Below are positions 1-8,553 of a stretch of DNA of 64,000 nt, in pieces; positions within the stretch are counted from its first letter, which is position 1; each line of letters opens with the position of its first letter. Origin of the DNA: Pseudomonadota bacterium. Its GTDB lineage: Bacteria > UBA10199 > 2-02-FULL-44-16 > DYJF01. The DNA lies in the NCBI GenBank assembly GCA_043823065.1, contig JBDRBB010000008.1:639-64638 (forward strand). The letters are read 5' to 3'. The translations under genes and the position numbers were made by a program. The notes below the pieces were generated by a model. That model saw only the letters and a list, made by a program, of their open reading frames with translations. It was not told the DNA's origin and searched no databases.

Positions 1-2
1 CT

Positions 3-296
3 AAGACAGGAATTGCGCCAGATAGAATATCAGAACTAGTGCAAGGTTTAGTAAATTTAGCTAACATTAAACTAAAGGGGCTGATGATTATTCCGCCTTA
101 TGTGCTAGATCCAGAAGCAAGTCGTCCTTATTTTAAAAAATTGCGGCAAATTTTGGCTCAAATTAATGCTCAAAATATTTATCCGCAAAAACTAGCTGAA
201 CTTTCCATGGGAATGAGCCATGATTTTGAAGTAGCTATTGAAGAGGGAGCCACTATAGTTAGGGTGGGGACGGCGATATTTGGTGAGCGGAAATAA
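3..296 (+). CDS. yggS: PLP homeostasis protein YggS family, 5'-partial
   Basis: C-terminal GLM...LSMGMSHDFEVAIEEGATIVRVGTAIFG motif; frame open to the window edge; typical yggS-proC synteny. Confidence 0.95.
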   Translation, partial: KTGIAPDRISELVQGLVNLANIKLKGLMIIPPYVLDPEASRPYFKKLRQILAQINAQNIYPQKLAELSMGMSHDFEVAIEEGATIVRVGTAIFGERK

Positions 297-302
297 AAAT
301 TT

Positions 303-370
303 AGACCATAGACAATAGACAATAGACCGTTGACCTTTTTGTTTTGGTCTATGGTCAATAGTCAATGGTC
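303..370. repeat. Heptamer-repeat hairpin (GACCATA/GACAATA tandem units facing TATGGTC/AATAGTC/AATGGTC units)
   Basis: agaccata gacaata gacaata gacc...ggtc tatggtc aatagtc aatggtc between yggS and proC. Confidence 0.7.
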
Positions 371-386
371 GCTTTGCGGGGGTTCT

Positions 387-1214
387 ATGAGAGATTCCTA
401 TATAGTAGGTATTATTGGTGCAGGAAATATGGGCGAGGCTTTAATTAAAGGTTTGTTGCGTTCCCAATTGGTGCGCTCCTATGAAATTATTGCCTCAGCC
501 AGAAGGAGTTCGCGCATTCATTTTTTAGAAAAGGCGTATGGTATTCACACAACTTTAAATAATAAAATGATCATGAATTCCTCAGATACAGTCATCCTTG
601 CAGTTAAACCCCAAAATTTTGAGGAATTAGCAGGCCAGATTAAAGATTTTGTTACTGCTGATCATCTGCTTATTTCTATTGCTGCTGGTCTTGATTTGGT
701 GATGCTGCGCAAACTTTTGGGAAATAAACCAAAATTGATTAGAGTTATGCCCAATCTGCCAGCAATTGTTGATCAAGGTGTAAGCGCTATTTATTGTGCG
801 CCCAAGGTTGCTGAGCGCTATCGGCGTTTTGCTCATCAAATTTTTCAAGCAGTAGGTACTACGGTGGATATTAAAGATGAACAGTTAATGGATGTTATTA
901 CAGGCGTATCTGGCACTGGACCTGCCTATATTTTTGCATTAATGGAAGCCATGACCCAGGCTGGGATTAAGGCTGGTCTAACGCCAAAAATGGCTAAAAC
1001 TTTAATTCGACAAACTGTTTTGGGCTCAGCGCTTTTGGCCTCTCAATCAGAAGCAGAACCAAAAGAGTTAAGAGAAAGGGTAACATCTAAAAAAGGTACA
1101 ACTTGGGCAGCGATGAATGTATTTCAAAAACAAAAGTTTTGGACAGTGGTAGAAAATGCAGTTGAGGCAGCAATTAAGAGATCTAACGAATTGCGCAAAT
1201 TTAAAAATAGTTAG
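387..1214 (+). CDS. proC: Pyrroline-5-carboxylate reductase
   Basis: GIIGAGNMGEA Rossmann motif, AVKPQ, RVMPN, GVSGTGPAY, VTSKKGTT; ATG 387 preferred over TTG 330, which lies in the repeat. Confidence 0.95.
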   Translation: MRDSYIVGIIGAGNMGEALIKGLLRSQLVRSYEIIASARRSSRIHFLEKAYGIHTTLNNKMIMNSSDTVILAVKPQNFEELAGQIKDFVTADHLLISIAAGLDLVMLRKLLGNKPKLIRVMPNLPAIVDQGVSAIYCAPKVAERYRRFAHQIFQAVGTTVDIKDEQLMDVITGVSGTGPAYIFALMEAMTQAGIKAGLTPKMAKTLIRQTVLGSALLASQSEAEPKELRERVTSKKGTTWAAMNVFQKQKFWTVVENAVEAAIKRSNELRKFKNS

Positions 1215-1222
1215 AATTTCAC

Positions 1223-1251
1223 TTTACATTACAAGTAGATAAACTTAAAGT
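1223..1251 (+). promoter_or_regulatory. Putative sigma70 promoter
   Basis: TTTACA-N17-TAAAGT upstream of ATG 1278. Confidence 0.45.
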
Positions 1252-1277
1252 GGAGACTTTAATACCCATATAAAATT

Positions 1278-1511
1278 ATGCCGACCTATGAATATCATTG
1301 TAAAAAATGTGCCAAAACTTTTGAGTTTTTTCAAAAGATTACTGAAAAGCCTTTAGATAAATGCCCTGATTGTGGCAATAAAATAAAACGGCTCATTTCT
1401 GGCGGAGCTTTTGCGCTTAAAGGTGGGGGTTGGTATAAAGATGGCTATAGTTCTGCAACTTCAAAAAAATCTGATGCCAATAATAAGCAAGTTAATAAAA
1501 AAGAAAAATAG
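1278..1511 (+). CDS. FmdB-family zinc-ribbon regulatory protein
   Basis: MPTYEYHCKKC...CPDCG...LKGGGWYKDGY signature. Confidence 0.9.
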   Translation: MPTYEYHCKKCAKTFEFFQKITEKPLDKCPDCGNKIKRLISGGAFALKGGGWYKDGYSSATSKKSDANNKQVNKKEK

Positions 1512-1516
1512 GTGTT

Positions 1517-2146
1517 ATGGTAGAAAAAGTTAGCCGACCAGATGCTCCTCCAGCTTATAAGGTTCAGGAGACCAAAGAGACCAAGGACGATCAGTCGCGG
1601 CGTGAAGACAGCCAAGAGCAAGAAGAGGGCTATCAAAAAGAAGATGCTGCAAAATGGAATAAATTTAGCTCTCCTGCTGTAACAGTGGAAACGATTAAAG
1701 TTCCCAAAGAGCGTATTGCTAAGGTTTTATTTGGCAGAGTGGTTTTACGCAGCGGAGTGTCTATTTTGGAAGGTAAGATTATCTGGAAAGATGGTAGGCA
1801 AACAGAATCAGCTTTATTTTTACTTGGACAAACTGAAGACTATATTAGGTTAAAACTATATACCAAAGGACGAGAAGTTCCAGAAAGTTTTTGGGCCAGG
1901 GGTCCACAGGTGGAAATAGGAATTATTAAAAGAGGTGCGATTACCGGATCTTGGAATAGTAGAGATTTATCAGCAAAGCCAGAACAGACGGATAGTTTGC
2001 CAGAAGATAATAAAGCAACGGTAGTGATTTTAAAAACACTTGGCTTGATTGATAAAAATACAGGAAAATTTCAGTTGTTTAATCTGGCGATGTATTTAAT
2101 TGGCTTGGCTGCAGTTGGCATGATTATATATTACGCAGTACAATAG
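1517..2146 (+). CDS. Hypothetical protein with C-terminal membrane anchor
   Basis: 209-aa ORF tightly packed in the operon; charged N-terminus, hydrophobic C-terminal helix. Confidence 0.75.
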   Translation: MVEKVSRPDAPPAYKVQETKETKDDQSRREDSQEQEEGYQKEDAAKWNKFSSPAVTVETIKVPKERIAKVLFGRVVLRSGVSILEGKIIWKDGRQTESALFLLGQTEDYIRLKLYTKGREVPESFWARGPQVEIGIIKRGAITGSWNSRDLSAKPEQTDSLPEDNKATVVILKTLGLIDKNTGKFQLFNLAMYLIGLAAVGMIIYYAVQ

Positions 2147-2149
2147 ATT

Positions 2150-4642
2150 ATGGCAGATTTTGAACCTAAACAATTTGGCAAATATTATCTAATCGAAAAG
2201 ATTGCTGTAGGTGGCATGGCAGAAATCTACAAAGCCAAGACCTTTGGAGTGGATGGCTTTGAGAAACTGCTTTGCATCAAGAGGATCTTGCCTCATTGCG
2301 CAGCAGATAAAGATTTTATCACCATGCTCACTGATGAAGCCAAGCTTTCAGTGCGGCTTTCTCATGCCAACATTGTGCAGGTTTTTGATTTAGGCAAAAT
2401 TGGCGATGACTACTTTATTGCCATGGAGTTTATTAATGGCATAAATCTGCGCGATGTTATGTATCGTTGCCGGGAATTGAGTAAGCCAATCCCCCAAGAT
2501 ATTGCAGTTTATATTATCAGTGAAGTTTGCAAGGGTTTAGATTATGCCCATAACCGCAGAGACGATTCAACTGGCCAGCCATTAAACATTGTTCACCGCG
2601 ATATTAGCCCTCAAAATATTTTGCTGTCTTATGAAGGTGAAGTGAAAATTGTGGATTTTGGCATTGCCAAAGCAGCCATGAATATTTCTCACACCATGGC
2701 CGGGGTTTTAAAAGGTAAAATTGCCTACATGTCGCCAGAACAGGCTATGGGCAAAACCATAGATTGTCAGACGGATATTTTTTCCACTGGTATTTTGCTT
2801 TATGAAATGCTCACCAATGCCAAGCTATTTACAGGCGAGTCGCAGTTTGAAGTCTTAAAGAAAATCAGAAGCGCCAGAGTTGATGTTAAAAGTTTGCCAG
2901 ACACTATTCCAGATAAACTTAAAGCTGTGGTGGCCAAGGCCTTGGCTTATAACACCCAAGATCGTTATCAAAATGCTGGTGATTTACAGCTAGATCTTAC
3001 CAAACATCTTTATTCCAGTTACGTAGATTTTTCTCCGCGTAAATTAGCCGCGTTTGTTAAGGAAATTTTTCAGGAAGAGTTGAAGAAAGAGCAGGTGCGA
3101 CGCGCCCAAGAGGCTTCTTTAGAATCTCAAACAGCTTCAATGAGCATTGATGAAGGCGCTAAGCAAGTGGATATTGTACACCGCGATATTTCAGAAAGAG
3201 AAGCTTTAGAAAAAGAGGCTTTAGAAGAAGCAACAGATAAGCGCATTGTTCAAAAGCCTAAACCAATTCCTAAACCAAAACCAGAAATTAGGGCTAAACC
3301 AAAAAAAGGAAATTCTTTCTTAAAAGCAGCCACTGTTTTGTTGGTTTTAGCTGGCGTGGGTTATGGTTTATATAAATATGTTCCTGCAATGCGTTTTTGG
3401 GAAAAACCAGCAGAAGAAATTGTAATTGGACTGGCTAAAATATCTTCTCAGCCACCAGGGGCTAAAATTTTACTTGATGGCCAAGATACCAAAATGACCA
3501 CACCTGCTGAGCTTAAAGATTTAGAGATAAATAAAGTTTATACATTGCGCCTAGAAAAGCAAGGGTTTCAGCCTTTGGAGGAATCTTTAAAAGTTGCTTC
3601 TACAGAACCTTTGAATCTGAGCTTAACTTTAACCTCTATTGTTGATAAAGGCTTGATAAATATTATAACCGAACCTCCAGGCGCTGCGATTTTATTAGAG
3701 GGCAAGACTACAGGAAAACTAACTCCATCCACACTAGAAGATTTGCCATTAAAACAAGATCTGAAAATTACTTTATCCAAACCAAAATATAAAGATTACG
3801 AGCAAGTAATTAATTTGCAATCAACAACGCCCCAAAAAATTTCCACTACATTAGCTTTGATCACTGGTTCTATTCAAGTAGAATCACAGCCCGAGGGCGC
3901 CTTAATTTCTTTAAATAATAAAAGCACAGGCAAGACTACACCAGCTTTATTGGAAGAATTAAATATTGGGGAAGATTATAATATTAAACTAACCAAAAAA
4001 GGATATGAATCTTGGAGTCAAACTATAAAGGTTACTGATTCAAGCCAGGCAAAGCTTGAAGGTACCTTAAAACAAGAACCTAAAAAAGAACTTCCACCTT
4101 CAGTCACTACTAAAGAACCAGAAAGAGTTACTAAAAAAGAGCCTGCTAGAACTACTGAACCAACGCCAACTAAAACAGTGGAAGAACCAGAAGAACCTGC
4201 GGTTACTTCAGGTGCGCCTGGAAAAATTAAAATTGCCAGCAAGCCTTCTGGGGCGCAGGTGTTTGTTAATGCTGAATATAAAGGAGAAACACCTTTAACG
4301 GTTAGTGTTTCACCAGGCAAGATTTCAGTGTTAATTAATAAAGAAGGATATACCAGAGTTTCGCGCAAGGTAACTGTGCGACCAGGTCAAAGTGTTAATT
4401 TAACTGATATTCAACTGTTAGATCTTTTTGGCGAAGTAAGTATTGCCTCTACCCCGCCACGGGCCCAAGTGGTATTTGATAATCAACAAATTCCAGCTAA
4501 AACACCGGTGACCATCAGAAAGGTAAGAAGAGATCAGCCCCACCGGGTTACTGTTACTTTATCTGGTTATAAAACTTGGTCCAATTCTTTTACTATGGAA
4601 TCAGGCGATAAAAATTTTAATGTAGTGTTAGAAAAAGAATAG
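2150..4642 (+). CDS. Membrane Hanks-type Ser/Thr kinase with extracytoplasmic PEGA repeats
   Basis: GGMAEIY, HRDISPQN, DFG, YMSPEQ; one TM helix; about five S-x-P-x-GA-x-(I/V) PEGA repeats. Confidence 0.95.
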   Translation: MADFEPKQFGKYYLIEKIAVGGMAEIYKAKTFGVDGFEKLLCIKRILPHCAADKDFITMLTDEAKLSVRLSHANIVQVFDLGKIGDDYFIAMEFINGINLRDVMYRCRELSKPIPQDIAVYIISEVCKGLDYAHNRRDDSTGQPLNIVHRDISPQNILLSYEGEVKIVDFGIAKAAMNISHTMAGVLKGKIAYMSPEQAMGKTIDCQTDIFSTGILLYEMLTNAKLFTGESQFEVLKKIRSARVDVKSLPDTIPDKLKAVVAKALAYNTQDRYQNAGDLQLDLTKHLYSSYVDFSPRKLAAFVKEIFQEELKKEQVRRAQEASLESQTASMSIDEGAKQVDIVHRDISEREALEKEALEEATDKRIVQKPKPIPKPKPEIRAKPKKGNSFLKAATVLLVLAGVGYGLYKYVPAMRFWEKPAEEIVIGLAKISSQPPGAKILLDGQDTKMTTPAELKDLEINKVYTLRLEKQGFQPLEESLKVASTEPLNLSLTLTSIVDKGLINIITEPPGAAILLEGKTTGKLTPSTLEDLPLKQDLKITLSKPKYKDYEQVINLQSTTPQKISTTLALITGSIQVESQPEGALISLNNKSTGKTTPALLEELNIGEDYNIKLTKKGYESWSQTIKVTDSSQAKLEGTLKQEPKKELPPSVTTKEPERVTKKEPARTTEPTPTKTVEEPEEPAVTSGAPGKIKIASKPSGAQVFVNAEYKGETPLTVSVSPGKISVLINKEGYTRVSRKVTVRPGQSVNLTDIQLLDLFGEVSIASTPPRAQVVFDNQQIPAKTPVTIRKVRRDQPHRVTVTLSGYKTWSNSFTMESGDKNFNVVLEKE

Positions 4643-4654
4643 AAGGAGTTTAAG

Positions 4655-6040
4655 ATGGTGGAGAAAGAATTTGATTCAAAAACTGAATTATTAAAACTAG
4701 AAGATGCTCAATCTGTAGTATCTTTGCGTAAATGTCAGCTGATCATTGCCGAAGGTCCTAATCGCGGTAAAAAGTTTTCCTTAAATAAAAGCACGGTTAT
4801 TATTGGCAAGCGCGACACTAATGATATTGTGCTTAAAGATACCACGGTTTCTAGAACTCATTTGGAAATTAAACATTTGGAAGACAGTTTTTTGCTTAGG
4901 GATTTGGAATCAACCAACGGTACTTTTGTCAATGGCACGCGAGTTAAAGAAGCTTATCTTTCTCCTGGCGATTTAATTAAAGTTGGCAATACCAGTTTAG
5001 AATTTGTGGCTTATGATGAAAAAGTGCGTATTGAGCCAGCTGATCGCGATTCTTTTAGCAATCTTTTTGGCAAGAGCACCAAGATGCGCCAGATTTTTGC
5101 CATTATGGAAAGAATTTCCGCATCTGTAGCCACAGTTATTATTGAAGGTGAAACCGGCACAGGCAAAGAATTAGTAGCCCGGGCAATTCATGAAAACAGT
5201 GCCAGAAGCAAAAAACCATTTGTGGTGTTTGATTGTTCTTCAGTCGCGCCTAATTTAATTGAAAGTGAACTTTTTGGTCATGAAAAGGGTTCATTTACTG
5301 GCGCGGTCAAAGCCAGAAGAGGAGCATTTGAAGAAGCTACAGGCGGAACCATATTTTTAGATGAAATTGGCGAACTAACCCCAGATTTGCAGCCAAAACT
5401 TTTAAGAGCTTTGGAACAAAGGGAAATTAAAAAGGTTGGCGCCAACATACCAACAAAAATCGATGTACGTGTAATTTGCGCTACTAATCGCAATTTAAAA
5501 AAGGAAGTTGATGAAGGAAGATTTAGGGAAGATTTGTATTATCGCTTGTCAGTGGTTAAAATCCTGCTGCCACCTTTGCGAGAACGTTTAGAGGATATCC
5601 CAGGTTTAGTAGAAGCTTTTTTAACCACAGGCAAATTTAATCAATTACCAGATGGCTCTTATAAGGTGCGCCGGGTGGAAGACGATGCCTTGAAATTATT
5701 GGCGCGTTATGAATGGCCAGGCAATGTGCGCGAACTAAATAATGTAATTGAGCGTGCTTGTTCATTTGTGGAAGGAGATGCAATTTCCAAACCGCATTTA
5801 GATTTTATTTTTGCGGAAATGTATCATGGCGAAGATCGCACTGAACGCATGGCTGTTGATACAGAAATTCCTTTTAAAGATGCTAAACAAAAAATAGTAG
5901 AGTCTTTTGAAAAAGAATATTTAATTGATTTGTTGCAAAGGAATAACAATAATCTTTCCAAAGCTTCCAGAGAAGCCAAGATAGACCGCAAACATCTGCG
6001 CAATCTTTTAAAGAAATATGACATTCCGACCAAGGACTAG
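4655..6040 (+). CDS. FHA-domain sigma54-dependent transcriptional activator
   Basis: FHA (IGKR...VSRTH...DLESTNGTFVNG), GETGTGKE, ESELFGHEKGSFTGA, FLDEIGE, WPGNVREL, Fis-type HTH. Confidence 0.95.
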   Translation: MVEKEFDSKTELLKLEDAQSVVSLRKCQLIIAEGPNRGKKFSLNKSTVIIGKRDTNDIVLKDTTVSRTHLEIKHLEDSFLLRDLESTNGTFVNGTRVKEAYLSPGDLIKVGNTSLEFVAYDEKVRIEPADRDSFSNLFGKSTKMRQIFAIMERISASVATVIIEGETGTGKELVARAIHENSARSKKPFVVFDCSSVAPNLIESELFGHEKGSFTGAVKARRGAFEEATGGTIFLDEIGELTPDLQPKLLRALEQREIKKVGANIPTKIDVRVICATNRNLKKEVDEGRFREDLYYRLSVVKILLPPLRERLEDIPGLVEAFLTTGKFNQLPDGSYKVRRVEDDALKLLARYEWPGNVRELNNVIERACSFVEGDAISKPHLDFIFAEMYHGEDRTERMAVDTEIPFKDAKQKIVESFEKEYLIDLLQRNNNNLSKASREAKIDRKHLRNLLKKYDIPTKD

Positions 6041-6042
6041 TG

Positions 6043-6132
6043 TGTCATTGCGAGGAGCGAAGTGACGAAGCAATCCAGGTTTATCAATGGCTTCCACTGG
6101 ATTGCCACGCCCCTTCGGGGCTCGCAATGACA
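6043..6132. repeat. REP-like palindromic doublet between convergent genes
   Basis: TGTCATTGCGAGGAGCGAAGTGACGAAGCAATCC ... GGATTGCCACGCC...CTCGCAATGACA. Confidence 0.8.
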
Positions 6133-6162
6133 TTACACTACCGTCGCGATGACGAAAAAGGT

Positions 6163-6714
6163 TTATCTGACTTTGACGGTGCGTCCCCGTTGTTTTCGTA
6201 AATGGTCAGCTTGCATGGAACGCTTAAGGGCTATAACTAAAGAACGGGCCCGATTGGCCCAAAGGTTGCTTCCTACAGGATCTAGCAAAATTACATTTCT
6301 AAAATCCTGGGCTGCTTTTTTGAAATTTTTGTGGCGCAGGTAAATTTCTCCCCGGTTTACGTAAGCAGATAATTCTTTGTTATTAAGTTTTAAGGCTTGG
6401 GAATATTCCATGATAGCTTCAATAGGGCGGTTTTGCTTTTGATGAATAGCGCCCATTACTGCATGAAAATAGGCGTTGCGATGATCTAGCATGATGAGGC
6501 CGCGATAGATATCGCTAGCTTCTTTAAACCGGCCGTGTTTGAATTTAACAAAACCAGCATCAGCCAGCCGAAATAGATCTTCACGCGTAATGCCCTTCAT
6601 TTCAGCTATACTGACTTTATCTTTAAGAAAATTCATTAAAGTATCAATCAGGTGCTTGCGCCTGGCTGGATCTGGCGCTAAAATTTGAGTGCGTTTGCCT
6701 TTTTCTTGTTCCAT
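6163..6714 (-). CDS. TPR protein, SycD/LcrH-like class II T3SS chaperone
   Basis: Three TPR motifs; SIAEMKGITREDL N-terminus typical of LcrH; located in the T3SS locus. Confidence 0.8.
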   Translation of the reverse strand: MEQEKGKRTQILAPDPARRKHLIDTLMNFLKDKVSIAEMKGITREDLFRLADAGFVKFKHGRFKEASDIYRGLIMLDHRNAYFHAVMGAIHQKQNRPIEAIMEYSQALKLNNKELSAYVNRGEIYLRHKNFKKAAQDFRNVILLDPVGSNLWANRARSLVIALKRSMQADHLRKQRGRTVKVR

Positions 6715-6730
6715 ATAATAAATCTTTTTA

Positions 6731-6772
6731 CCTCCTCACCTCTCCCTTGAGGGGAGGGGCAGGGGGAGGGTG
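6731..6772. repeat. Short GC-rich palindromic repeat
   Basis: cctcctcacctctcccttgaggggaggggcagggggaggg. Confidence 0.55.
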
Positions 6773-6774
6773 TT

Positions 6775-7629
6775 TTAACCAGCTGCAGTAAATTTCTGGA
6801 TGATTTCACGACGAGTGCGATTAATGCCTTCAATCATGCCGTGTACTTGTTCCAAAGTGCCACTTACATCTTGCATAACTTTTTGCAACGTCATGGTTAG
6901 TTGTTGTTGTTGCATAGAAAGATCTCTGGTTTCAGATTGAGCCAATTGTACTTGGCCAAAATAATCAGTTGAGGTTGTGTCAGCAATGCTCAAATCATTA
7001 GCCACTTGATTCATGCGGCTGTTAGTATAAGCAAGTTTGCGGCCCAGACCAGCAAATAAAACTCCGTTCTTGGTTACATTAACTTTAGCTAAAGCCAGTA
7101 AAATATATTCAGGATCAGCTTGCCCGCTTCTGACCATGGCGATAATGCGTTTAAGTTCGCCCTCAATTTCTTTTAAGCGGCTCTCAGTGTCCATCATGAT
7201 TTGATTATCCATGATGTTTCCCCAGAGTTCATCTGAGAAGTTTGCCCATTCATCCAGGGTTGCTTGCGCCATGTCTTCAATTGAGGCAGGAGCTTGTTCT
7301 CCTTCTGCTAGAGTGTCAAAAAAACCTTCTAGGTCTGCTTGAGCAATGGTATTAGCTTTGGTGTTTGATGAAAAAAAATCTAAATTAGGCGCTGGAGGCA
7401 TGCCTGGCTGAGAGTAAACTTCTTGCTCTTGCAAAATTTGACTCTTCCAAGCGCTCCATTGACTGCCCAAATATTCTTCAAAATCTTTAAGGGTTATGCC
7501 GTCGGGTAGATTGCGCAAAACCTCGTGAATATTATCGCTCTGGCGCAAAGCTTGTTCCAGCTCTGATCGCGCAACATCACTTTTAATTTCACTTTGACGG
7601 ACTCTTCCTGGTCCAAGAGGATCTACCAT
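6775..7629 (-). CDS. Helical putative T3SS-secreted substrate (filament/tip/translocator-like)
   Basis: Located between two LcrH-like chaperones; amphipathic C-terminus; paralogous to 8554..9687. Confidence 0.6.
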   Translation of the reverse strand: MVDPLGPGRVRQSEIKSDVARSELEQALRQSDNIHEVLRNLPDGITLKDFEEYLGSQWSAWKSQILQEQEVYSQPGMPPAPNLDFFSSNTKANTIAQADLEGFFDTLAEGEQAPASIEDMAQATLDEWANFSDELWGNIMDNQIMMDTESRLKEIEGELKRIIAMVRSGQADPEYILLALAKVNVTKNGVLFAGLGRKLAYTNSRMNQVANDLSIADTTSTDYFGQVQLAQSETRDLSMQQQQLTMTLQKVMQDVSGTLEQVHGMIEGINRTRREIIQKFTAAG

Positions 7630-7632
7630 AAA

Positions 7633-8259
7633 TTAATGTTCCTTTTTCGTGGGTTTTTTATCCCCTTTTTTCTTGGATTTTTCAATTTGCAGCAAAAGCA
7701 CGCGGGCGCGATTGGCCCATTTATCTTCGCCAGTTGGATCAGTGGCAATGGCTTGTTCAAAATCAGCTTTAGCCTCAGTAATTAGATTGTGCATCATAAA
7801 AATTTCGCCGCGATTAGTAAGAGAAACTGTATCTTGAGGAAAAAGCTCAATTGCCTGGGCATATTCAGCCATGGCCTCGCCATAGCGTTTTTGACGCTGC
7901 AAGATGGTGCCCATCATGGAGTGATAATAATGATTATTCCAGTCTAAAACAGTAAGCACCTTAAAGACGCGTTCTGCATCTTCATATCTGCCAAACTTGA
8001 ATTGGTTATAGCCAAATTCAGCCATTTGAAAGAGCATTTCTGGCGTAAAATTAAACAGTTCAGCCCAACCAATTTTTCCTTCTAAGTAATCAATAATTTT
8101 TTGGCTGCCTTTTTTTAATTCAGCTTCAGGAACATCTTTTAGTTGATCTTCTAACTTGGAAAAATAATCGTCCATAATTGCATCAGCTTCTTGCTTGGAC
8201 ATTTTTTCCAGACCTATTGGGTAATCCCACTTCTTTTTTGAGGATTTTTTTTGTACCAT
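7633..8259 (-). CDS. TPR protein, SycD/LcrH-like class II T3SS chaperone
   Basis: FNFTPEMLFQMAEFGYNQFKFGRYEDAERVF TPRs; AGGAG SD before ATG 8259; paralog of 6163..6714. Confidence 0.85.
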   Translation of the reverse strand: MVQKKSSKKKWDYPIGLEKMSKQEADAIMDDYFSKLEDQLKDVPEAELKKGSQKIIDYLEGKIGWAELFNFTPEMLFQMAEFGYNQFKFGRYEDAERVFKVLTVLDWNNHYYHSMMGTILQRQKRYGEAMAEYAQAIELFPQDTVSLTNRGEIFMMHNLITEAKADFEQAIATDPTGEDKWANRARVLLLQIEKSKKKGDKKPTKKEH

Positions 8260-8281
8260 GCCAACTCCTTGAAACAACAGC

Positions 8282-8310
8282 AAAATATCATTTATATAGC
8301 TATGGAGCAA
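8282..8310 (-). promoter_or_regulatory. Possible internal sigma70 promoter for the chaperone genes
   Basis: TTGCTC-N17-TATTTT on the minus strand, downstream of the 8487-8526 terminator. Confidence 0.35.
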
Positions 8311-8328
8311 GTTATATTTCACATCTTG

Positions 8329-8482
8329 AGAAAGGAAGCGAGGTTGAGTATGTTTTTGCGGCGTGCGAGTGAGCCATCACAGCAGCCTATATAACATGGC
8401 TCGCGAAGAACGCTTCCAAAATTTCTGGCGCATGAAGAAATTTTGGATTTAGCAAAAACATACTCAACCTCGCTTCCTTTCT
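8329..8482. repeat. Long multi-branch palindromic (MITE-like) element
   Basis: Perfect 31-bp terminal IR (AGAAAGGAAGCGAGGTTGAGTATGTTTTTGC) enclosing two inner hairpins (GAGCCAT/ATGGCTC; CCAAAATTTCT/AGAAATTTTGG). Confidence 0.85.
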
Positions 8483-8486
8483 AACA

Positions 8487-8526
8487 AAGTTAAAGGGCCT
8501 TTGGAGTCTCTTCCCCCAAAGGCCCT
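8487..8526 (-). terminator. Rho-independent terminator after 8554..9687
   Basis: 11-bp stem AGGGCCTTTGG/CCAAAGGCCCT followed by a T-rich tail on the minus strand. Confidence 0.65.
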
Positions 8527-8553
8527 GATTTCATCGGTCGTCAGTCGTTGCTA

